Virus record (IMG/VR): IMGVR_UViG_3300046499_000850
Strand: one strand, 5' to 3'
Length of the DNA: 64,000 nucleotides
From: a virus
Lineage: Duplodnaviria; Heunggongvirae; Uroviricota; Caudoviricetes
Shown piece by piece: positions 1-6,536 of the stretch. Within the stretch, counting starts at the first letter, position 1. Every line of letters starts with the position of its first letter. The position numbers were made by a program, and so were the translations under genes. Below the pieces are notes generated by a model that saw only the letters and a list, made by a program, of their open reading frames with translations, did no database searches and had not been told where the DNA came from.

Positions 1-95
1 TTTTGTGCAATACTCGCAGTTACTACCTCGGTGATCTTTTTAAGGTTGAGATTGGTAACTGCGAGTATTTCTTTCTAAAGGCTGATTTATCATCA

Positions 96-881
96 ATGCC
101 TAAAAAATTGATGAATCGTTACTATACCGTTAAGACGCCTAGTAACGGAGCTTATGTTTTACAATCATGCAAAACAGGCCATGTTTATTTTGGTAGCGCA
201 GAAAACGTTTACGATCGAATAACAAAACACAAGTGGATGTTATCCACCAGAATGCATAGCAACCGTGCTTTAACAAAATTAATCGAAGAAGAAGATTTGT
301 TTGTTAGTGATTTTAACTTAATCGTTATTTTTACTGAAACACGAGATCAGGCTTTTGATCTTGAACAATATTTCCTAGATCGATTTAAAGGTAATGATTT
401 ACTTTTAAATTCTGGTTTAGATGTTAGAGTGGCAATGCTAGGACGCCCTTTAACGGAAGAGCATAAACAAAAGATCGCCGAAGCAAACCTCGGACGAAAG
501 TTTTCAGAAGAATCTTTGAAGCGTATGTCGGACGCACGTAGGACTAGCGATAAAGCAAAAGAACAACTTAGCCAGATCCAAAGCGAACGACAAAAGAAAA
601 TTAACTTAAACGGCGTTTTGTACCAGAGTGTTACAGAAGCTATTAAAGTTACAGGAATTCCAGAATCAGTCTTATTTAAACAAATCAGGAAAGCTGGCAA
701 ACATATCGTCGACGACGCGTATGTTGTGAGCTATACCAAGCCCAAGCCGAGGAAGGTAATGATCGACAATGTGATTTATGAAAGTATCCGCGATGCTGCC
801 GATAAGCTTTCTTTAGATCCTGTCGTTATCAAAAATCGTATCCGTTACGGTAAGGTCGTTTATTACGAAAGTGAAGAATGA
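96..881 (+). CDS. GIY-YIG homing endonuclease with NUMOD3/NUMOD1-like DNA-binding repeats
   Basis: Has the GAY-x10-YFG variant of the GIY-YIG motif (GAYVLQSCKTGHVYFGSA), plus the conserved R (YDRITKH), E (DLEQYFL) and N (LLNSG). NUMOD3-like segment LTEEHKQKIAEANLGRKFSEESLKRMS and two NUMOD1-like segments (YQSVTEA, YESIRDAA). AT-rich relative to neighbours. Start is uncertain: the frame is open from the window edge and there are ATGs at 96 and 111. Confidence 0.85.
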   Translation: MPKKLMNRYYTVKTPSNGAYVLQSCKTGHVYFGSAENVYDRITKHKWMLSTRMHSNRALTKLIEEEDLFVSDFNLIVIFTETRDQAFDLEQYFLDRFKGNDLLLNSGLDVRVAMLGRPLTEEHKQKIAEANLGRKFSEESLKRMSDARRTSDKAKEQLSQIQSERQKKINLNGVLYQSVTEAIKVTGIPESVLFKQIRKAGKHIVDDAYVVSYTKPKPRKVMIDNVIYESIRDAADKLSLDPVVIKNRIRYGKVVYYESEE

Positions 882-891
882 AAAATTAATC

Positions 892-1692
892 ATGTTCGCC
901 AATCCGAATTCTGTCATCTTTGCCTGTACCTCGCTGACTGGTGTCAACAAGGTGGGCAATCTGAAGAAGACGCCCGAGGGCTACTACCCAATGGTGGTGG
1001 GGGCTCTGAACGTCTTTAACTCCGGTGGTCAATTTTACCCCATCAACAACGAAGTGAAGGCGCTGTTCGAAGAGTCTAGTTCCTTCATGCGTCGCGTCCA
1101 ACGGGGCGCCCTGCGCGGTGAGATGGGTCACCCGAAGCCGGGTCCACGCAGCCTCAACCCGCAAGAGCAGCGCGTCCGCGATCAAGAGTTCGTACGCCGT
1201 AACCTCTCGATCTACGAAGAACGTGTGTGCTGCCACCACATGAGGATCTGGCTCGACTTCGACTCCGTCAAGGACAAGGATGGCAAGCCGGTGATTTCGA
1301 TCATGTCGCTGGTCAAACCCAGTGGCGAACTCGGCCATGTGCTGGAAAAGCAACTGGAGAATCCGCACGAAAACGTGTGCTTCTCGATCCGCTCATTCAC
1401 CGACAACAAAACCCGCTTCGGCATCGAAGAGCGTACGCTCAAAGAGATCGTCACGTTTGACTACGTGAACGAACCGGGGATTGCGACCGCTGAACGCTGG
1501 AAGTCGCCGTCGCTGGAATCTGGCTTCGAGATGGAGATGTCCCGTGGCCTGCTCGATAGTGCGATTCTGATGAACCGCCCGTCGAACGTGTCGCACGAGT
1601 CAGTCATCGTCACGCCGGATGCGCTGTACAATTCGATGGGGTGGAACCTGCCGAATCAATCTGCACGCCGTCTCCCCTCACGGGGTTGGTAA
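892..1692 (+). CDS. Prohead (head maturation) protease, phiKZ gp175-like
   Basis: His motif GEMGHP, Ser motif FSIRS and TFDYVNEPG are typical of T4 gp21/phiKZ gp175 proteases. C-terminal SLE/SHE are possible self-cleavage sites. ATG 892 is preferred over GTG 871. Confidence 0.85.
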   Translation: MFANPNSVIFACTSLTGVNKVGNLKKTPEGYYPMVVGALNVFNSGGQFYPINNEVKALFEESSSFMRRVQRGALRGEMGHPKPGPRSLNPQEQRVRDQEFVRRNLSIYEERVCCHHMRIWLDFDSVKDKDGKPVISIMSLVKPSGELGHVLEKQLENPHENVCFSIRSFTDNKTRFGIEERTLKEIVTFDYVNEPGIATAERWKSPSLESGFEMEMSRGLLDSAILMNRPSNVSHESVIVTPDALYNSMGWNLPNQSARRLPSRGW

Positions 1693-1699
1693 GCTAATG

Positions 1700-1734
1700 C
1701 CCTCCATCCCTCGGGGTGGAGGGTGTTATGCCGT
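1700..1734 (+). terminator. GC hairpin followed by TATGCCGT
   Basis: ccctccatccc-tc-ggggtggaggg, then TATGCCGT at 1727-1734, right after the protease stop. Confidence 0.7.
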
Positions 1735-1741
1735 ATGGCGC

Positions 1742-1775
1742 TAAACTCTTTTGACACTATATCACTTAACTGAAC
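1742..1775 (+). promoter_or_regulatory. Putative early (virion RNAP) promoter TATATCAC
   Basis: TATATCAC at 1758-1765 with an upstream A/T tract and downstream TGAA. The motif recurs 6-7 times and resembles the phiKZ early promoter TATATTAC. Confidence 0.7.
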
Positions 1776-1876
1776 TCGCAATGAGAAAGTTAACACATTG
1801 CAAAAAAGTGATATTAAAATAGTCGTCGTTCTCTTGGTATAGAGAGCATTACCCAAACAAACCTGAGGAAACTGAA

Positions 1877-2551
1877 TTGAAGATCAAAGGTAGCGGCCCG
1901 CTCAAAGACTGTGTGCTGGAATTCAATGGCCATGACCACAAAATCTCTCTCGTTCAAAGCAAAGCGACTGCTGAGAGAATCGAAGTAAAACTCGCTGAGA
2001 TTGATCTGGCGGGCTCGCTGGGAATCCGTCCTATGAATCATGACGCAGATCAAGAGGACGCCATCCTCATCAAGCACCATGGCAAGTTCCAGATTCTGTT
2101 GGGTCGTGATTCGGTCATCGATGGTTTCTCATCATTGCCGGTGGTGGCGATTAAAGCTCGTCTGATTTCATCGGTCGCCCTGAAAGCGGCACGGGTCGTG
2201 AAGGAACAACCGGCTCCGCCTGCCGCAGCGCCATTCAACCCGCCACGGTTCACGGACAACCGTGCACCGGGCGCAGCAAACCGTTACCCACCCCGCTACG
2301 GCGACCGTTCCACGGCGCCACGTGACAGCGATTACGGTAACCGGCCGCGTGAATCAACCAGCGGTCGCGACGCGTGGAACCGTCCGTATAACAGCAACCC
2401 GCGTTATGGCTCGGCCAACGCTGGCCCGGCGCCAGAACGCACGCGCACCTACGACCATATCCGCAACGACGCTGCGCGCTCAGCCGCGAGCTACCCGCCC
2501 AGCGGCAACCGCCAGACGTACGGCAAACCGCATAAAAAGACTTATCCGTAA
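1877..2551 (+). CDS. Hypothetical protein with R/P/G/Y-rich low-complexity C-terminal tail
   Basis: GAGGA SD before the TTG start; 224 aa ORF with phage-like codon usage. Confidence 0.75.
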   Translation: MKIKGSGPLKDCVLEFNGHDHKISLVQSKATAERIEVKLAEIDLAGSLGIRPMNHDADQEDAILIKHHGKFQILLGRDSVIDGFSSLPVVAIKARLISSVALKAARVVKEQPAPPAAAPFNPPRFTDNRAPGAANRYPPRYGDRSTAPRDSDYGNRPRESTSGRDAWNRPYNSNPRYGSANAGPAPERTRTYDHIRNDAARSAASYPPSGNRQTYGKPHKKTYP

Positions 2552-2619
2552 CACCGCAGTAACTACCACCTTGTAATCTGTTTAACCCTGTCGTACATAC
2601 CACCAAAAAGGAACGCAAC

Positions 2620-3129
2620 ATGAGCACCGAAAAATCCACCGACATCAAACTGAATCCGGCCGTCGACGAAATGTCGAGCAAGATCTACGAAGCCATCTCG
2701 GTCGCCAAGACCGGTGACGTCGAAGGTACCGACAACGTCTACGAGAGCACACTGCCCGTCGACCTGCCGGCCGAGATCGTCAAGCGCGTCAACGCCCACA
2801 ACGAACTGTTCATGGCTGCCGCCTACAACGCCACCGGCGACGCTGCGCGCGCTGCTGCCAAGGACAACCCCGGCCTGAAGCAAGTGAACGCCACGTTCGG
2901 CATGCTGGGTCGCAACAAGCTGGACGTCCAGTGGGACCGCGAAGTCGAGCGCAATGCCGGCATCGCCGAAAAGGGCCAGGTCGCCCCGAAGAAAACCGTG
3001 TACGGCGCCATGTCCGGCAAGCTGACCGTCGCCGGCACCGACACCGGTTCGGGTGAACTGAAGAAGGTCGCAATGCGCCAGAAGCAAGCCGCCTTCGACA
3101 TGTTCTCGCCAGCCACCACCGCAGCCTAA
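2620..3129 (+). CDS. Hypothetical protein (strongly biased codons, probably highly expressed)
   Basis: AAGGAA SD, ATG start, 169 aa with strong C-ending codon bias. Confidence 0.85.
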   Translation: MSTEKSTDIKLNPAVDEMSSKIYEAISVAKTGDVEGTDNVYESTLPVDLPAEIVKRVNAHNELFMAAAYNATGDAARAAAKDNPGLKQVNATFGMLGRNKLDVQWDREVERNAGIAEKGQVAPKKTVYGAMSGKLTVAGTDTGSGELKKVAMRQKQAAFDMFSPATTAA

Positions 3130-3925
3130 GCAACGCCGGCCTGGGTCGACGAGGGAATGGGTAGAGCTCACCAGGCACGCCTACATTTCCTATCGGCCTC
3201 ACCGCCAAAAGAAATCAACCGAGGGAACAGGGTTGTACGTTATCTTCGCGGTTAGCGTATAGCCCGGCCTTGGTTGGGGACGTGGCACCGTCCTGTGAGC
3301 CGCTGTTGCGGTAAGTGTCACATCAGTAGTACCTGCCAGTAGTACCTGCGAAGTCGGAAAGGTAGCTGCAACCTAAGCGTCGGCGCGCCACGTGTGGCAG
3401 CGCTCATGCGAATGACAGTTTTGAAACTAAGGGAACCGACCCCTATTGCAGCATCAGCAGTAACCCAGAGTTCCGGCTATGATCTATAATTCACATGTGG
3501 TATCGCGATTATAGAGATACGGCTAGGATGGCTAGGTCAATTCTGTATTCCGTCTAGATCACACTTCTGTATTGCGTAAAGGTGCAATGCGGGGTGTGGT
3601 GGTCGGATGCAGTACACGACTCTGGGTAGCAGTAAACCCGTTGCGGGACTAACCCGCAGCCGGGCGTAGCAAACTTCTAGCCGGTGGAGCGGTGCCCAAA
3701 TTGGTAAACGGACGAGGTAAAGTAGTTGTCGGGTATTGAAGGGCTTTGGCCTGCAAAACAATACTTGTGCTTTACGCTTACGGTCGAAAGACTTACGGGT
3801 TCGAGTCCCGTCCCTTTATCGGCTAGTTGTAAAGGAGTCCATGTTCTTCTTCCCCTCGCAAGAGAAAAGACCTCTGGTCGAACATGGTTTGTGGATACCC
3901 GCGCTGGTCTTCGGACTGGCGCGGG
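3130..3925 (+). ncRNA. Candidate large structured non-coding RNA region
   Basis: About 800 nt with no credible ORF. Nested G-U-rich helices (3216-3224/3268-3276, 3230-3242/3253-3265, 3463-3471/3619-3627). Contains a tRNA-like domain and ends in a UUCG hairpin. Confidence 0.55.
3677..3826 (+). ncRNA. tRNA-like element (Leu/Ser-type scaffold) with extended anticodon arm and extended acceptor helix
   Basis: D-arm TG-CCC-AAATTGGTAAAC-GGA, variable arm GGTC-GAAA-GACT, T-arm ACGGG-TTCGAGT-CCCGT. Closing helix ctagccggtggag/ctttatcggctag. No 7-nt anticodon loop and no CCA. Confidence 0.65.
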
Positions 3926-3948
3926 CGTCTATGCTGTTTATTTTTTCT
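3898..3948 (+). terminator. Hairpin (UUCG loop) + TATGCTGT + T-tract
   Basis: cccgcgctggtc-ttcg-gactggcgcggg, then TATGCTGT at 3930-3937 and a T run. Confidence 0.75.
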
Positions 3949-4031
3949 TCCCTAGGAGACACACCCTCAGCCAGCACGCTATCGTTGTCACGAACTGAAA
4001 CCTTTATTGTTGTACAATTTTGGAGAACAGT

Positions 4032-4529
4032 ATGTCCGACGACACTTTTATGCGCATCAGCAAGATCAAAGGCGGTTCCACCGATCACGAACACAAGGAC
4101 TGGATTAATGCGTGGGATCTCAGAATGGGGTTCTCGCAACCACGGTCCCCGGTCGCATCTACCGCTGGTGGCATGACAACGAGCAAAACCGTGCATAGGC
4201 CCTTGATCATCTCCAAGGGACTCGATCTCGCTTCGGCACAACTGATGCAGAACTGCTGCTCGGGCGAAACGATGGAAGAGATTATCATTGAGCGTTTCCG
4301 GGCGAACGGCGAGAAACGCGTCAAGTACATGGAGGTACGGATCTACAACGCCATCGTGAACAACATCGATCCATACTCCATCGACAACTACATGGCAGAA
4401 CAGATCGCTTTCGTCTACAGCAAGATCGGCTGGCGGCAAACCATCATGAGCGACGAAGGCCGTGAGCTCGGCAATACCTCGGGTGGCTGGGATTTGGGCA
4501 CCAACCGACCCTTTACCTTTGCGAGGTGA
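4032..4529 (+). CDS. hcp: Hcp/TssD family type VI secretion tube protein
   Basis: Matches the Hcp1 family pattern along its length: IKGGSTDHEHKDWI, FSQP, ASTAGG, IISKGLDLASAQLMQNCCSGE, FRANGEKRVKYMEV, EQIAFVYSKIGW, GNTSGGWDL. 165 aa; GGAGA SD before ATG 4032. Confidence 0.93.
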   Translation: MSDDTFMRISKIKGGSTDHEHKDWINAWDLRMGFSQPRSPVASTAGGMTTSKTVHRPLIISKGLDLASAQLMQNCCSGETMEEIIIERFRANGEKRVKYMEVRIYNAIVNNIDPYSIDNYMAEQIAFVYSKIGWRQTIMSDEGRELGNTSGGWDLGTNRPFTFAR

Positions 4530-4531
4530 GT

Positions 4532-4900
4532 ATGAAACGGTTGATTGCGATTGCTTTGCTGTTGCCTTGGGTGATGCTCAAAGCTGGCCCGCTATCCGAG
4601 AGCGTGACGGTCGAATCATTTCTCCAGGACTTTCGACCAACGCCTGAAGCTAACGAGCGCCCCCGCACACCAGAAGAATTTGTGCGCTATCAAAAAGCGC
4701 AAGGATTCGTGGATGGGGTCAAAGATGTGACGGAAAAGATCACGTGGTGCGCTGAGCCTACGGTGAAAGTCGTTGAGCTCGACAGCGAGATTTACCACGG
4801 ACTTCAGAAACTCACTGGTCCCCAGAAAAAGCAACGAGCAGGACCAGCCATCAAAAAGCAACTTCAACACCTTTACCCGTGTAAGGAGAAACATCCATGA
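4532..4900 (+). CDS. Rap1a/Tai-family periplasmic T6SS amidase immunity protein
   Basis: Signal-peptide-like N-terminus (MKRLIAIALLLPWVMLKA). GFVDGVKD...WC...LQHLYPC pattern with two Cys, typical of Rap1a. Lies directly upstream of a Tae4-like gene. Confidence 0.8.
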   Translation: MKRLIAIALLLPWVMLKAGPLSESVTVESFLQDFRPTPEANERPRTPEEFVRYQKAQGFVDGVKDVTEKITWCAEPTVKVVELDSEIYHGLQKLTGPQKKQRAGPAIKKQLQHLYPCKEKHP

Positions 4901-5373
4901 GTCGACCCAGTTACTTGCGGATGTACTCCAACTACCCACGCACCAGTCTTACCCACGATGATCTATTTGCTAGTCTGGGATGGCAGAGCATCATGCGCCA
5001 GCCGGAATACCACAACACCTGTGCGATCCGCATGTCTGTTGCATGTCTGACGGTGGGTGTGCGGTTTCCTCGGGGTGGTTTGGTGATTCAGTCTGGGGTA
5101 TTCAAAGGTCTGCGGTTGGAGCCCAGCCAAGCCAAGTTGTCCCACATGCTGGCTGAGATGTGGGGGGAACCGGAGAAATTTGACAGCCATGATTTTACTG
5201 AGGCCAAGTTTGGCAAACGGCACGGGGTGGCGTCATTCTTCAAGATCGATGGCGTGCACAACCAAGGTCATATCGACTTGATTGAACCGTTGGGTAATAC
5301 CTACCACTCATGCATCATGTCGGTAGGGTGCTATTTCGCTTCGTCCAGTATCTGGTTCTGGGAATTGCCATAA
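4897..5373 (+). CDS. tae4: Tae4/Ssp1-family T6SS peptidoglycan amidase effector
   Basis: Catalytic Cys motif NTCAIRMS, catalytic His motif GHIDL, and a C-terminal CYF...IWFWEL. No signal peptide. ATGA overlap couples it to the immunity gene. Confidence 0.9.
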   Translation: MSRPSYLRMYSNYPRTSLTHDDLFASLGWQSIMRQPEYHNTCAIRMSVACLTVGVRFPRGGLVIQSGVFKGLRLEPSQAKLSHMLAEMWGEPEKFDSHDFTEAKFGKRHGVASFFKIDGVHNQGHIDLIEPLGNTYHSCIMSVGCYFASSSIWFWELP

Positions 5374-5380
5374 TCACCAA

Positions 5381-5430
5381 CCCTCTTCCCGTGAAGGGAA
5401 GAGGGAGTATGACATCTATTTTTTTTTTGT
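5381..5430 (+). terminator. Terminator of the hcp-immunity-tae4 operon
   Basis: ccctcttccc-gtgaa-gggaagaggg, TATGACAT at 5408-5415, then a long T run. Confidence 0.8.
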
Positions 5431-5524
5431 TGTTAGGAACGTTTTAAGGCGTTTATTTCCTAAGTGCACAAGAATCTACTCAGCGGTATAAATAACGTCT
5501 CCTAGGGGCCTTAGAATCGCTTAC

Positions 5525-5576
5525 ACGGCATAATACCCATCCATCCCACGCCGGGGATGGATGGGATATATGACGT
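5525..5576. terminator. Hairpin flanked by ACGGCATA and TATGACGT (bidirectional), ending the tail tube gene
   Basis: cccatccatccc...gggatggatggg at 5536-5565 with the motif on both sides. Confidence 0.7.
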
Positions 5577-5579
5577 CAG

Positions 5580-6464
5580 TTAGACGTTGGTCTGACGTTG
5601 CGCCACAGCCTGCACGCTGGCGTCGAAACCGGTCAGGTTCGCAGCCTTCACGTCGGCACTGATCTGGTTGATCATTGCCTGCTTCATGAGCGGGTTGGCA
5701 CCCACGTAGTTGATGGTGTTCAGGATCTGCTGAGCGAACGCATCGACGCCGGCACCGACTTGTTGCAGGGCGGTGAACGACAGGTCAACGGTTTGGGTCT
5801 GCATGTCTTGGGTCTTGTCGGCCGAACCGACGATGTCGCCGGTACCTTCCGGGAACATGTTGAAGCACAGCCAAGCCTGCTGCACCTTGCGGCCGAACGC
5901 ATCTGGTTCGATGTACAGCACGGTCATGGTGGTTTGGTCGGCCAACAGGTCCGGGGCTTGACCGCCGAGCGACTGGAAAGCCGGCAGGGTGGTGACCATC
6001 GGGAACTTGGTGTCCGGGTCCATACCAGCGTAGGTCATCCAGGTCTCGATCAGGCGCTGGATCGGGCGACCGTAACGCTCGATGTACGAGTGCTTCGGCT
6101 GCGATTCAGCACGCTTGATGTTGGTCAGGTCACGCTGGGTTTGACCGGAACCACCGAACGCGTTTTCAGCGAACGAAGCGGTCAGGCCGCGGTTCAGACC
6201 TTCGACGTTCAGCCACTGGGTTTCGATCAGGGCACGCAGCGCCGAGATGTACTTGTCCGAGTTCGGGAAATACTTGAACAGGGCCGGGGCTTCGATGAGG
6301 ATCGGGATGAGGTGACGACGGACGTACGCTTGGTTGTTGACAAACGCCGCGTAGTCGGGAGCCCAGCCCATCTGACCGCCATAGGTCAGGTCAGCCATGG
6401 GAGCATTTGCACCCAGACCGTAAGCTGTGCCCGACTGCAAAATGGCACCATTTTGACGGGTCAT
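5580..6464 (-). CDS. Tail tube protein (phiKZ gp30-like)
   Basis: 294 aa, directly downstream of the sheath gene. LYIEPD...AWLCFNMFP motif seen in phiKZ-like tube proteins. Confidence 0.8.
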   Translation of the reverse strand: MTRQNGAILQSGTAYGLGANAPMADLTYGGQMGWAPDYAAFVNNQAYVRRHLIPILIEAPALFKYFPNSDKYISALRALIETQWLNVEGLNRGLTASFAENAFGGSGQTQRDLTNIKRAESQPKHSYIERYGRPIQRLIETWMTYAGMDPDTKFPMVTTLPAFQSLGGQAPDLLADQTTMTVLYIEPDAFGRKVQQAWLCFNMFPEGTGDIVGSADKTQDMQTQTVDLSFTALQQVGAGVDAFAQQILNTINYVGANPLMKQAMINQISADVKAANLTGFDASVQAVAQRQTNV

Positions 6465-6536
6465 GTTTCTATACCTTTTTAGATAAAGAGATCTAGGCGG
6501 CTTTCACCGCCTAGATCTGATTTAGGTGAACCGGGA

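Noticed and set aside
3324-3349. Direct repeat cagtagtacctgc x2 as a CRISPR or mini-array
   Set aside because: Only two adjacent 13-nt copies with no spacer. I saw no CRISPR array or cas gene in the window.
3683-3822. Functional canonical tRNA-Leu
   Set aside because: There is no 7-nt anticodon loop, the 7-bp acceptor register is imperfect and no CCA is encoded. Kept as a tRNA-like RNA instead.
3537-4439. ORFs 3537-3761, 3726-3998, 3736-4176 and 3816-4439
   Set aside because: They have no SD and atypical codons, and they overlap the structured RNA, the terminator or hcp.
4032-4529. Hcp-like gene as the phage's own tail tube
   Set aside because: A phiKZ-type tube gene lies next to the sheath (5580-6464). 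This ORF has bacterial Hcp motifs and is coupled to effector and immunity genes. Incorporation into the virion is not formally excluded.
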